Assembly: GCF_004010195.1 (NCBI RefSeq)
Contig: NC_057728.1
Coordinates: 45,417,419 to 45,481,418, forward strand
Length of the DNA: 64,000 nucleotides
Direction: 5' to 3'
Origin: Chiloscyllium plagiosum
Lineage: Eukaryota
Below, in pieces: positions 23,437 through 36,443 of the stretch. The notes under the pieces were generated by a model, which saw nothing but the letters and a program-made list of their open reading frames with translations, was not told the origin of the DNA and did no database searches. A program made the translations under genes and the position numbers. Positions within the stretch are counted from its first letter, which is position 1; each line of letters starts with the position of its first letter.

Positions 23437-23899
23437 TGGAAACTTAATGAAAACAGAAAACAAATGATTAATGAACATATCTGGGCCATTCTGCTCCTGG
23501 AAAACTTTAATAAGCTGCTACATCTTAAATAAGGAAGTAGTTGAATGCACATCAGAGGAGAGCAATACACAAGGTTTTCTTGTAGAGCTCTTTTAATACT
23601 AACACAGAGTACCAAATCAAAAGCTAAGTTGGTTGATCAAATGTTGTGTGTGGCTGTTTAAAGAGCGTACTGTACTCATTGAAGCACCGAGTTTTAAAAT
23701 GTATCAGGATGCCATTTGGTTCAATATAATAGTCTCAGAAAGCAATCTTCATCAGCCCCATTCCTCTGCCTTTAATTTATATCCTCTTAGCTCTCCTTTC
23801 TCTTATATTTATCTGCCTCTGATTTAGAGGCTATTTGGCTTACTTCTTGCACCACTGATTCTGGCAAGTCTCGACAGGTCCTATCAACCTTCTGTATAA

Positions 23900-23905
23900 A
23901 ATAAA
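23900..23905 (+). promoter_or_regulatory. Candidate polyadenylation signal for ALX1
   Basis: First AATAAA I see after the stop codon (~465 nt downstream), followed by T-rich sequence. Alternatives at ~24430 and ~25197. Confidence 0.3.
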
Positions 23906-24589
23906 ATTCTGAAGCTTTTCTTGTTTTACAATTTTAATATTCTTAATTCAAATCTCTTTAATTACTGATTCACTGACAGGTGAATGTACATGTACATGAT
24001 CACACTTCTCAGAATTTTGAACATTTCTGTTAGACTTCCTGTTAACCTTTTCACAACAAGTCTCTGTAAAAAAAGTCTCCTCTTAGTTTAAGCTTCTCAT
24101 TTGTGATATTTTCCCAAGGCCCTAAAGGGGCCTAAATTGAACATAATATTCAAATGGTACCACTGACAATGCTTCAAGTATGCTTAACGTTATTACTTAA
24201 CTTTTGTATAAAATCCAGGATCACACTTTTATCTGTCCTGCCATCACTAACAGTCTTTTTCACTGTGAAACAATTTTTGTGTGATCTGCAAATTTTTATA
24301 TTGTTTTCTTTAAACCCAAGAACAGATCATTTTTATATAGAGTGTTATTGACAACTATATGTTCCAGAATGGGTTGCCTGCCAATCTTACTCATGCTAAC
24401 TTTTGGAACTGAATATTCCCAATGCTAATAATAAAATCACTGTTTGAAAAACATAACACCATTGTTGTGGAAAGCATCCACATCCATATTCAAACCATTT
24501 ACAAAATTATTATACGGCAACATTATGGTATGTTCCAATAATGTTAGTTTGAAGACACACTGTACATGAACACTTTAAAACCCCTTCAT

Positions 24590-24935
24590 ATTAAAAGTTT
24601 AAGGGCTGATCTAATTGAAGTGTTGAATATGATAACAATATTTAATAAGGCATATCCTCCATTGATGGAATCTAAAAATTACAGCCAGACTGTAGGAGTA
24701 AATCCATTAAGCATTTTTTCACACAAACAATACTGAAAATCTGGAATCCTCTTGGCCAAAGTCCATTGATGCTGGGCCAGTTTAAATTTCTACAACTGAG
24801 ATTGCTTGATATCTTTGCCCAACTAAAATCAAAACATATAATGATACATGAAGGTAAACTAATAGATGAGCCACAATCCAATGGTGGGGGAGGTAGGATT
24901 GCAACTCAGCGGCTGAATGGCCTACTCCTGTTCCT
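24590..24935 (+). mobile_element. Old CR1 LINE 3' fragment
   Basis: aagggctgatctaattgaagtgttg...tttttcacacaa...tctggaatcctct...ggctgaatggcctactcctgttcct. Confidence 0.6.
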
Positions 24936-26288
24936 CAGTAATCCCTAGTGCAATCAATTCAGCAAAATAAGGTTCTCACATTTCAGTAGTAAAGTCCAAC
25001 ATGTGCTCATTTTTCTATTCAATACATTTACAAAATAACAAATTCCATGTATTGATTTAAAAATAGGAATGCATTTATTGCTTATTACTATTTCTGTTCC
25101 GTGATGACATTTCTATATGTATCACAGAACTTGCCTATACATTTAATTAAAATGTTCAAATTGGCTGAATATTCTTTTTAAAATTCTGTTGAAGGAAATA
25201 AAGATTATTAGAAGATTTCCTTATAAGAGAGATCAACCATCTCCAATCGTTTTTAATGTAGCTCTGGGGAAACCTCTGTTAATTATTGGAGCTGCATGAT
25301 TTTTTTTTCGGAACTGCAAGAAGGACAGCTTCGGTCTGAGAAATCTAAATTCTGATTAAATTTATCTTGTGGAATACTTGAGAATTAAAAATCACTGGTC
25401 GAGCTTTAAACTGAACTGATGGAAAACTGCTGTGACTGTTATTTATCATTCCTTAAAAGGGTAAAATAACACCAGAGGTTGGTTCAATGGGGGTTAAATA
25501 TTTATTCCTTGATGCATTGTAGTTGCTTATATCTTTAAAAATAGCTTATTTATTTTCTCTGTTTCAAGCTGACATTTGAGAAAATGAATACGACAATATT
25601 GAGGTGAAATGCCATTTTTAATCTGATGTTTCTCATTGGGGTGGTGTTGCTGGGGATGCTGGGGAGGGGGGGAAGGTGGTGGATTTTACTTTTTAGCCCA
25701 AAGTGATTGTGACTCAGCCATAAATAGATTGAGGACAACACAGTGAGAAAGTGGCTGCCCCCCCCCCCCCCACTTGGGAGGATATCCTGCCTCCCAAGAG
25801 AGGCCACTGAGTCAGAAGGCCAGCAGCACTCCATTGCTTTCCTGGACTGGCGGCCATTGCTGGGACTTCATATGATCAGATCCCGATGAGGAACTATGGA
25901 GTAGAAAGTTTAAAAGCTTAGTGGGGTCAGTCAGTCAGTCAGGCTTCTTAGGGTGGTTTGGGAGGAAGAGGGCACAGCCCAGAGGTTGTGGGGTGGGTCC
26001 AAATGAAGATAGTTCTCTTTGCTGAGGGTGAGCCCCAGCTACCTTCCTACATGATATGGCAACCCTCTTTCCCTTGCCCACCCTACACCTGCCCTCAAAC
26101 CCCTGGGACTGGGGTAATGGCTAATGTGTAAAATTCAATTTAACAATCTACAGATCAGAATTTAGAAGCACAATTGTAACTTTCAGGCCATTACATGCAT
26201 TATATCAAAGGATGAGGAGCAGAGTTGACTTGACTATATTTATCCCATTAGAACCACATTTTAAATTTTTAATGTCATTAAATTGATT

Positions 26289-26466
26289 TAAAAATTGAAA
26301 GGGCTGGAGAAACTCAGCAGATCTGGCAGCATCACTGGAGAGACAAACAGCATTAACATTTTGAGTCCAGTGACCCTTCGTCATAACTGACTTCTCTCTT
26401 CAGATGCTATCAGATCCGCTGATTTTCTCCAGATTTCAGATTTCCAGCATCCACAGGTTTTGTTTC
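26289..26466. mobile_element. Fold-back family B insertion
   Basis: Minus copy (with GGGTC-ACTG-GACTC stem) followed by a plus copy. TSD cattaaattgatt at 26276-26288 and 26467-26479. Confidence 0.8.
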
Positions 26467-27279
26467 CATTAAATTGATTGCTTTAACATACTTGAACACT
26501 GAAGCTTAACTGAGCACTAGTACAGTTTGACTATATTATGGAAGTATGAATTATTTCATCTTGCGCTCAATCTAACCTTTTTGTGATACTTTGGAATTAC
26601 AAGATTTCTTAAACATTAAATAAACATAATTTCTGCTCCAGTCATCCTCAGACCTTTTTGAATGAAACCACCCCTTTAGAACCAGTCAGTGTTAATGAGG
26701 AGGAAGGTTTATTTATGTCACAGAACCAGGGACAAAGATGAAAGTGTAGTGTACAAGTCCATCATCCAGCTCACTTTTCTCCATGTTCCATGTTTATTGG
26801 CAGCCTGTGCATTCTGTACTCGAATTCTGTGCCTCATTTTCATTTTTATGTACATTTAGTCTGAAGAATGTTGAAAGTTTTGACTTGATTATTGAACAGT
26901 GAATATCCAAGGTCAATTGAGAAGTCAATTCACAGCTAAATACTGGGCCAATCCCATTTCCTTTGGACTGCTCACAATTCAAATTGTCATTGTTGGTTTT
27001 CGTGTCTGTGAAATAAATTTGGAACAAGGTCCAAAATAAAAATAATTAAGTAATAAATCAACATCATTCACTTCTGTTTATTTATTTCTGGAAAAAAAGT
27101 GCAATTTTAATGAAGGTTTGTCCAAGAAACAATCTGTTGTTTTCTTATGCTGTGTGAATCCTCAGTTGAAGCAATTCAGCAATTGTAGCATTTCCACCAT
27201 CCAATCAGTGTGAGTTTGGCACAATGGAATTAATTGATCTCTGGTCGTTAAAATTGTGCTTGGAAACCATGCTGAAGAT

Positions 27280-27855
27280 ACTAAAATGGATAGGTAGGAG
27301 GCTGGAAGAACACAGCAAGCCAGGCAGCAACAGGAGGTGGACAAGTTGACCCCTTCTTTGGGATTGGGGTATGGATGTAGGGGGAGCTGCAGTTAAAGGG
27401 GGTAGTGTATTAGTGGTGCTGGAAAAGCACAGCAGTTCAGGCAATATCCGAAGAGCAGTAAAATCGATGTTTCAGGCAAAAGCCCTTCATTATTCCTGAT
27501 GAAGGGCTTTTGCCCGAAACATCGATTTTACTGCTCCTCGGATGCTGCCTGAACTGTTGTGCTTTTCAAGCACCACTAATCCAGAATCTGGTTTCCAGCA
27601 TCTGCATTAATGGTTTTTACTTAAAGGGGGTAGTGGGGCAAGGTGGTGAAGTGGGGATAGGTGAAGACAGATAGATAGTACGACCTGGTTGGTCAATGGG
27701 AGGAATTAATCCGGTTGGTGACAGGGAGGAACGGAAGGGATGGCTAGGGGCTGGGTAGGGAGACAGAGGATAGGAAGGGAGGTTATTTGAAATTGGAGAA
27801 CTCAATGTTGAGTCCTCCGGGTTGTAGGCTGCCCAGATGAAAGATGAGGTGTTGG
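27280..27855 (-). mobile_element. 5'-truncated Penelope-like element of another subfamily, interrupted by a nested insertion
   Basis: Minus strand 27855-27783 encodes QHLIFHLGSLQPGGLNIEFSNFK* (GIY-YIG C-terminus), followed by a C-rich UTR and a ...gctgcctggcttgctgtgttcttccagc tail. Confidence 0.8.
27408..27620. mobile_element. Nested palindromic insertion with two back-to-back hammerhead units
   Basis: Arms 27409-27490 and 27499-27580. TSD ttaaagggggtagtg at 27393-27407 and 27621-27635. Confidence 0.88.
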
Positions 27856-28164
27856 AGAATAAAATTTATACTGTAACACAAATACCTCTGTCAAAAATGT
27901 CAGCAACTGTAATTGAAGAGTTAATTTTATCTCAGGATTAGAATCAGGAGTACAGAAGATAAAAGAGTGATGAAAGAGCTAGACCTTTGAAACCAGATAT
28001 CGCAGAAACTCCAAAGCCACACTTGCATGCCTTGACTCTAATTCCCAGCTGAAACCAATTGGAATGACAGTGGTTCAAGGATGGAATGGCATCAGGCCAT
28101 CACTGGGCCATATAGAAATCTTAAGTACAATTGGTAGGTTTTGTGAAATTTATATTTTTAAAAA

Positions 28165-28590
28165 GTTTTTCACAAAGTATGGGCATCATTGGTAAGCCAG
28201 CTTTTGTTGCTTCTTTATAATTGACCTTGAGAAGGTTATGGTAAGCTGTGTTTTTGAACTGGTGCAGTCCCATGGTGTTGATAAACTCACAGTGCTGTTA
28301 GGAACAGACTTCCAGGAGTTTCATCCAATGACAGAGTAAAAATGGCATTGTCGTTCCAAATTAGCTGAGTGTGGCTTGATACTAGTGGTGTTGTCGTGTC
28401 CATCTGGATGATCAGTCAAAGATTTGGAAAGCGTTATTGCAGAAGCCTCACTTAGTTCTTGCAGTGGGTCTTGTATATTAGTACACACATGCTGGTGCTG
28501 TGTGTCAGTGGGGGAGGAAGTGAATATTTAAGGTGGTGGATGGGATACCAATCAAGTGGCTGCTTTGTCCTGGATGGTGTTGAGCTTGGG
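28165..28590 (-). mobile_element. Old 3' fragment of the 43335-type LINE
   Basis: Colinear similarity to 43340-43780 (ccttgagaaggt...tttttgaact..tgcagtcc...gtcctggatggtgttgagctt). Confidence 0.6.
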
Positions 28591-30529
28591 AGTGTGAGAG
28601 TTGGGGTGGAGGAGTTACAAGAACAAGGGTCTGGGTTCGGGCAGGCCCAAGGTACACTTAAAGGAGTAGAAGGTTTAATTAAAAAATGTTGCCTGGGCCT
28701 GAGTCCTTGTTGCTGTCAGCATTGTTGGTGGCAGAAGACAGTAAGGGTCACAATTATCCCCATTTTTAAAATGGCGTTATTATTTAAATTAGGCTCCAAC
28801 TCATCTGGCCAGAAAAGCCCTTCTACATCTGAAGTCATAGGAGAAAAGGTGAGAGAGAATGCATTAGGAAAAATAAACTAATGATTTTCCATCTTATGCA
28901 TCTCTAAATCTGTCTCATTTACCTGATGTCATATCCCACACCAGCAACGAACATCCACAGCATTCCCACCAAAGGATGTAATGGGTGAACGGTGAATTGG
29001 TTGTAAATTGGTTGTAAATTGCAATTAGAAATAATTACTGGAACAGTTACAAGTACTCATGAGTACAACTTGAGAAACTTTCAACTTTAATTTTAAGGAA
29101 ATTATTGTTAACAGTAAGCTGTTTATCTTCTTACTGTCTAAGACTGAGTTTGCATTTGAAGCATTTGCCATAAAGATCAAAAGAAATTAAAATAATCCCA
29201 GAATGATATAGAAGCTTAAAGTAATGTTAACCCAAAACATGCAATGATTGTCCATGTAGGAAGACTGTAAGGAAAGTTATGGTTTGCAGCCTGGCTTTGA
29301 ATAAGTGTCCACAAAGACCAGGCAACTCAAATCAATTTGTGTTGTTAATGTGATTTATCCAATTTGAATTTCAGAGCTCTGGAAGTTTGAAAAGAGTCTT
29401 CTTTGTGCTGTCAACTTATTGGTGAATAAATCCTGAGATTTGTTAGTTACAGCATCTTGATGTACATGCAAATTAGTAGAAACATTGATTTAAACTTTGT
29501 ATATGGTCCCTGGGGCTTCATGGTATGCATTCTCTAAGCAGCCCACAAAAGACATAAAGTTTGCATACTGCTGGATTACAGAATCAGCAGAATAATGTGC
29601 AGTAAAAGGATCATTTTCAATTAAGTGCAAAGAGGAGCAGAATATGGTCCTGAGGCGTATATCAAACTGGCCATCAGTTGCCCTTAAAACAGCTTTTCCC
29701 AAACAGATGTAGCTTGATTTCTCTGCAGAACATACAGAGATGGATGGCCTCTTACAGCACTTACAAGTGAAAGAAAACATTTCTTCTTTCCTGCAGCAGA
29801 CGAGATACATCATTGTAGGAATGGATTTGACCTTGTCAAGCAGACTAAAGCAATTAATAAATGATCCTCTCTTGGGGCTGCTGCTGCTGAGTAATGAGTT
29901 GTGAGTGCTCTCACCGCGTCTGTCGCTACCTTACAATAACTTCACTGAGTGGAAGACTCAGTAGCTTACAATCTATCATGCTTTAGCAGATGTAGAGCGG
30001 GTACCTCTTGTCTACCAGCTGGGTCATGTCAAGAGACAACCCCACGCAGTTGCCATCCTTAAAGATTGGGCACTTGATCCCAAGATCATAGGTCAAACAT
30101 TTCTCACCTGGCACAGGCTAAATGAAATGGAGGAGTAAATACTTTACTTGGAAGAATAATACAACTCGGTGAATGTAAAGTATTCGGCTGTCAAATTTAT
30201 CAGAAAGGCTTCAAATATTATGCAGTGATTAACATTGAAGTAAAAATGTTATGCATTTAGTTTGTGGTTACATTGTTTATAATAAGATGATTCTTGAGAA
30301 AATTACCAAGTGAAAAATATTTATGATAAATTTCGCAAATACAGAATTTCAATTCTAAAGATTTTCTCAAACAGTTTCAAAATGAAATACAAATATTCTG
30401 ATTAAGCAATATCTATTCCAGTATTTGGCTGAATGCAGTGTGAATCTGTTTATTATACTTCATGAACAATATCAACACTATTTCACAACTGTTTGCACTC
30501 TTTCATTACTCTGAGAAGATTTTATGCAC

Positions 30530-30638
30530 AATCTAATGAATTTGTGAGAAGTCTACTGTGTTATTAATATGCTTTTCATTAATTTTTAAGAGAAAATTTG
30601 AAGTGATAACAGTAGACTTTTCACAAATTCATTAGATT
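30530..30638. repeat. Inverted repeat, 30-bp arms (29/30 match), 49-nt spacer
   Basis: AATCTAATGAATTTGTGAGAAGTCTACTGT (30530-59) / ACAGTAGACTTTTCACAAATTCATTAGATT (30609-38). Confidence 0.9.
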
Positions 30639-32890
30639 TTCATTACTCTCAGAGGATTTCCTGCATAAAGACACCAAGTCAAAATACTGTATCTTCATGT
30701 CTAGAAGAGATATTTGACCACACCTGCCTTCAGCAACAATTTTCCACTCTCGTCAAGTTTGATCATATTGCATTCACTTGATTCCATTCAACTCTATCCA
30801 AATCATAGCCAGAGAATTAACTTCATTGGTTGCTCTGACAAATCATGCATTTTTTTCCTCTGGTGTTCCCTGAGGATCCATCTGAAGGCACCCTCCATTT
30901 CTTATCTACAAGCTACTTTTGGATACATCATCTGAAAACACAAATGGGTTTCCACATGTATGTTGATGACACTCACTCCTGCCTCACTATGCCATCTCTC
31001 AAAATTTCCAGATTGTCCAAACAGAACTGATTAATCAAGAAAAGTGAGTCCCATTTTCCAGCTGCTGACTGTGTTCCTCCTTTTGGCAACTGTTTGAGAC
31101 TGAACCAGGCAATTTACAACTTTTACAATGAGCTTCTGGCCAAACTCCAACAGTGAGCCCACCTATGTTCACCTCCATTACATCAACTCACTCTGTCACT
31201 ATTTGAACTCCTCAGATGAAAGCTTCATCCACACCTTTTTTTTAATCTCGACTCATGATTATTCCATTGCATTCCTGTCTCTCCTTGCATATTGCACACA
31301 TTGTAGAAACTTGAATTCATCCATTGTAAGCTGCATCAAGTTACCTTCACCTATTACCACTGCGCTCTCTGACTAACATAGACTTCCCTTACTAAGCAGA
31401 GCCTCAAATTTGAAGTTCTTGTCCTTATTTCCAAACTGCCACACAGAGACAGAACATTGTGTATACACAGCATATGAATTCCTTAACGGTGAATTCCCTT
31501 CAAAGTAAAGTACACTTACCCCCTCGTGTCTTGAGAATAATGATGAGGACACAGGCCAATAAGGACTTCAGCATCGTTTTTTTGTCACATGTTCCAGGAA
31601 ATAATCATGGATATTAACAGTCATGTAATGGGATCAAACAAAATGGGGGCTGATAAAGTGTTATTAGGGGCATGGGAAGCACTACATAATAGTGAATGTG
31701 AGGAATAGTGGGGAACCCATGAGTCACACACACACCCTGCAAGTCACTGCAGAAAAGATAACAATGAAATCACATGATATTGATCCAAAAGATATCTTCA
31801 CAATGAAGTTTTGCAATTATTATGATTATGGTAAATATGCAGCATTGAATTTTAAATCCCATCATTTGATTGTTGTTATACATGAAACCTTTTATGGTTT
31901 CAAAAAATGGTTTGTAAAAAGAAAGAAACATTGACCAAAAAAGTAATCTAATCATAGATTGAGGCACACTGTGAAATCCATTTAGATTTAATAAAATTAC
32001 CATTTTTATCTAAAGATATCAAACCAGGCAACAGAGTCATTGTCAAGAAATTATACACCTGTATGTTAATTTTGTATATTGAGAGATACAAAACTGATAG
32101 GCTAATTAGTCATTTTGGAAAGATAATGGAGCCAAACTCAGGAATACACATCAATCAATATTTCACAGCTACTGTGAGCAGCACAATAGAGAGAAAGAAA
32201 TGGATTTGTGACAGTAAGGATTGAAAGATTCTCTGTCTTCCTGCCATTGCCAACAGCAGCTTGGAAATCACATACCATGAAAAAAACAAATAAGCAAAAC
32301 AGCCATTCAGTGAGAAGTTAAAGGAGATCTACAACTTGGATCACTGCTAAGGATACCAGTCAAGAATTAGCAACAGTGACCTCAGGTTAAAAAATCAAAC
32401 ACTTCAAGGATCTTTAAACTGCATAACCTTTATTCTTGCTCTCTGTGTCAGACACTCACCCTTTTAAACTTAGTTCTTGCCGAAACAGCTGCATGTTTCA
32501 TTTTATGCATCTTTCTAGTGGTTAGATGACCATAAAATTCTTCTTTCTTTTACAATAGTAAACTTTGCTATTTCATTATAACCCATAACTGTATCTTTAC
32601 TGTCTGATGTATCCATGAGATAAAAGAAATAAAAATATTTGTTGCAACCACCAATGAGGAGTAAAAAAAAGAGGGGAGCTTTTTCCCTTCTTCACCTGAC
32701 TGGAACAAAATTGGAAAACTGCAATTGATGTGGGAGGAGTAACTAACTCTTTTTGTGTGGAACTCAGGCTGGAATGTGAGGCCTCTGAAGGGCTACTCCT
32801 GTAAAATTAAGACTTCAGTGATTACGCAATGCTACACATCTGCCTTCAATTCAGGCAACTTAATTAAGCAAATCTCAAGCTTCCTCTTAA

Positions 32891-32998
32891 GGGTTCTTGT
32901 GGTGCAGTGATAATGTCCCTAGTTTCTGAACTAGGAGGCCTGGTTTCAAGACCCACCTGTTCCAGAAGTGTGTAGTAACAGGTTGATCAGAAAACATC
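32891..32998 (+). mobile_element. Short (~110 bp) tRNA-derived SINE
   Basis: tggtgcagtgataatgtccct..ctgaactaggaggcctggtttcaagaccc (A/B boxes). A related inverted copy lies at ~50980-51098. Confidence 0.55.
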
Positions 32999-34699
32999 CC
33001 ACAATTCCTTGCACCCATCCAAGTCCACTGCCACATGTGAGGCCTTACATAGATAGTCAGCAATACAGACTATGCAAAGCTAATGACCCAAATGAGATTT
33101 TAATTTCAATTCTGTTAGCTCACTTTACAATGTTTGATTAAATTACAGTGCCTGTTTAAAGGGCTTGTGTCCTTTAATCCAGTTTAATTTGGTTTAGTTG
33201 GATATAATAAATTTGAAATGGCTGAAAAGAACTTCCTCATTTAATCAAATTTTGACCTGCTCTCATGAAGTAATAATTGAGAAGATATTATGTCCTGATT
33301 GACATTTTGTGATCCCTCAGGTCATCAGGAGTCAATGGAGACAGCCATATTCACTCAATAGCTCATCGTCTCCTTTGGCTAAGGTACACAGTCTCAGGGG
33401 CTGTAAGCCATCACGTTACAGCTGTCATAGTCTCACATATTAGATAAAGCATACTGGGACAGTGGTGGTGTGATGTAAATGTGGCTTTTGGTCTTCTGAA
33501 AGCTATTTCATGCCAAAATCACTCTCTTGGGCCTCCTTACATGAGTCCAGGATGTTTAATGAACTTATTAGACATGGAGGAAATCCTACAGCAGAAAATA
33601 CCTTCAAGCCCCTATGCAGTTCATAGAAAGGGCCTGTGCTGTCAATATACACAGTGATGCAGAATTATTTGAAGGAACACTGTTTATCTTGTCTATATAC
33701 AGCAGTAACCACTGTGAGAGCATACACCTGGCACTTCATAGGGAAGGATGTCAGTGGTGAATCATCCCATTATTAAGGTGGTGTACTTTCTCTTACTGTT
33801 CTCACAGAGCAGTTGCAAGATAGAATAAGGATGTCAAGTCATTCCAATGGAGAAGGGGCTCGGGATGCAGAGTGGGGGAAGGAGGGGGGGAACATGTTAG
33901 GTGGTGGGTGAAGGGATATCAGGTGACAGGTGAAAGGATTTAGGGGCATAAGGGAGAAGGTGTGTCGGACACTGGAGATGTGAGATCAAAGTCTGCAGCA
34001 TGCAAGTGATCTCAGGGCAACCTGTAGTTAGAGGTGTGTGAAGTCAGTATGGGGTCAGTTAATAGTTGATCAGAAATTAGACCAAATATTTAATCATCTA
34101 ACTTTTCTAGAGCAGCTATTTTATTAACTTTATCAGAACCCTCTAAATCTTTGATTTAAATTGAAACGTTTGAAGGGTTTCAAGCGAAGAGGAACTGCCC
34201 ATTGAAATAATCAATTTCTCAGACAATTCTTTCAAAGTCTGTTAGGATGGTGATTCTACAAGTTCCCCATTCGCAACACCCAAGTTAGCTGGAATAATAA
34301 ATGTCTGACCAGCAGAAAAGCTGAGCCATATTTAATTTGCATAGGTGCTGTTAGCCCTCCACTTACAGTATTCTGTGTTCCTCAAGAACTTGTTCCTCTA
34401 TTCCTTATTACTCACTGGCGTAATGCTTTGGAAAGAAGCAAGCCCCACTATAACTAAAGTTGTCATAAATGTGAAGAGATTTTCTCAAGCTTTCCAACTA
34501 TTGCCAAAACTAAGTTAAAAGGAAACATTTGCCAGATCTCAGTATTTAAATAGTTATTTATTGCAAGCAGATTGTTGTTAACTGTTGGCAGAAAAGAAAC
34601 GTGAATTGCTAATTTGTAATTCTCTATAACTTCATCTTATGACATTTAAGAAATTCCCACATGCATGCAAACTGACACACGCAGCAAAAAGAACAATCG

Positions 34700-36123
34700 A
34701 GTCATAGAGTCATAGAGATGTACAGCATGGAAACAGACCCTTTGGTCCCACATGTCCATGCCGACCAGATATCCCAACCCAATCTAATCCCATCTGCCAG
34801 CATCCAGCCCATATCCCTTCAAACCCTTCCTATTCATATACCCATCCAGATGCCTTTTAACTGTTGCAATTGTACCAGTCTTCACCACTTCCTCTGGTAG
34901 CTCATTCCATATGCATACGACCCTCTGTGTGAAAAAGTTGCCCCTTAGGTCTCTTTTATATCTTTCCCCTCTCACCTAAACCTATGCCCTCTAGTTCTGG
35001 GCTCCTCCACCCCAGGAAAAAGACTTTGTCTGTTTATCCTATCCATGCTTCTCATGATTTTATAAACCTTTATAAGGTCACCCCTCAGCCTCTGACGCTG
35101 CAGGGAAAACAGCCCCAGCCTGTTCAGCCTCTCCCTATAGCTCAAATCCTTCAACCCTGGCAACATCCTTGTAAATCTTTTCTGAACCCTTTCAAGTTTC
35201 ACAACATCTTTCCGATAGGAAGGAGACCAGAATTGCATGCAATATTCCAACAGTGGCCTAACCAATGTCCTAATATGACTTTCCAACTCCTGTACTCAAT
35301 ACTCTGACCAATAAAGGAAAGCATACTAAATGCCTTCTTCACTATCCTATCTATCTGCAACTCCACTTTCAAGGAGTTATGAACCTGCACTCCAAGGTTT
35401 CTTTGTTCAGCAACACTCCCTAGGACCTTACCATTAAGTGTATACTTCCTGCTAAGATTTGCTTTTCCAAAATGCAGCACCTCACATTTATATAAATTAA
35501 ACTCCATTTGCCACATCTCAGCCCATTGGCCATCTGATCAAGGTCCCATTGTAATCTGAGGTAACCTTCTTTGCTGCCCACTACACCTCCAATTTTGGTG
35601 TCATCAGCAAACTTACTAACTATATCTCTAATGCTCACATCTAAATTATTTATATAAATGATAAAAAGTAGTGGACCCAGCACTGATCCTTGTGGCACTC
35701 CACTGGTCACAGGCCTCCAGTCAGAAAAAAACCTTCCATCACCACCCTGTGTCTTCTACCATTGAGCCAGTTCTGTATCCAAATAACTAAATCTCCCTCT
35801 ATTCCACGAGATCTAATCTTGCTAACCAGTCTCCCATGGGGAACCTTGTCGAATGCTTTACTGAAGTCCATATAGATCACATCTACTGCTCTGCCCTCAT
35901 CAATCCTCTTTGTTACTTCTTCAAAAAACTCATTCAAGTTCATGAGACATGATTTCCATGCACAAAGTCATGTTGACGCTCCCTAATCAGTCCTTGCCTT
36001 TCCAAATACATGTACATCCTGTCCCTCAGGATTCCCTCCAACGGCTTGCTCACCATCGACATCAGGGTCACCGGTCTATAGTTCCCTTGCTTGTTTTTAC
36101 CACCTTTCTTAAACAGTGGCACC
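34700..36123 (-). mobile_element. CR1/HER1 LINE, 1.4-kb 5'-truncated copy with RT remnants
   Basis: GNYRPVTLMS, VDVIYMDFSKAFDKVPH, SGVPQGSVLGPLLF, SKFADDTK, LVRPLLEYCMQFWSP, FFTQRVVCIWNELP across frameshifts, with a gagtcata repeat tail. Confidence 0.95.
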
Positions 36124-36443
36124 AACACATATTAAGGGTGAGAAAGAAACCCCCCCAAAAAATCAAAGAAACAGTTCGGGCAAAAGTCCAGATTGCAGAC
36201 ATTGATGTGATATTTTCCTTCGGATTTCTTCTGGTACCTTTGACTGCTGACGAGGACATGAAATTGTGAATGCACCAATACCCAAGCTTTCATTCACCAG
36301 TTGAGACTTCGACCTTTCACTGTCTCTGAAGTGGCTTTTCCATATTTCCTTTCAAGAGGGGAATTTTCAGAGGCAGAGTACCAAGCTGTTCAGGATTCTC
36401 ATTTAGTTCTCCACTCGCAGAAGGAAGACACAGCCATAAATAG

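Noticed and set aside
13676..23672. Shared 15-mer TTAAAGAGCGTACTG in intron 2 (13676) and 3' UTR (23658)
   Set aside because: About two exact 15-mer pairs are expected by chance in 64 kb (n^2/2/4^15).
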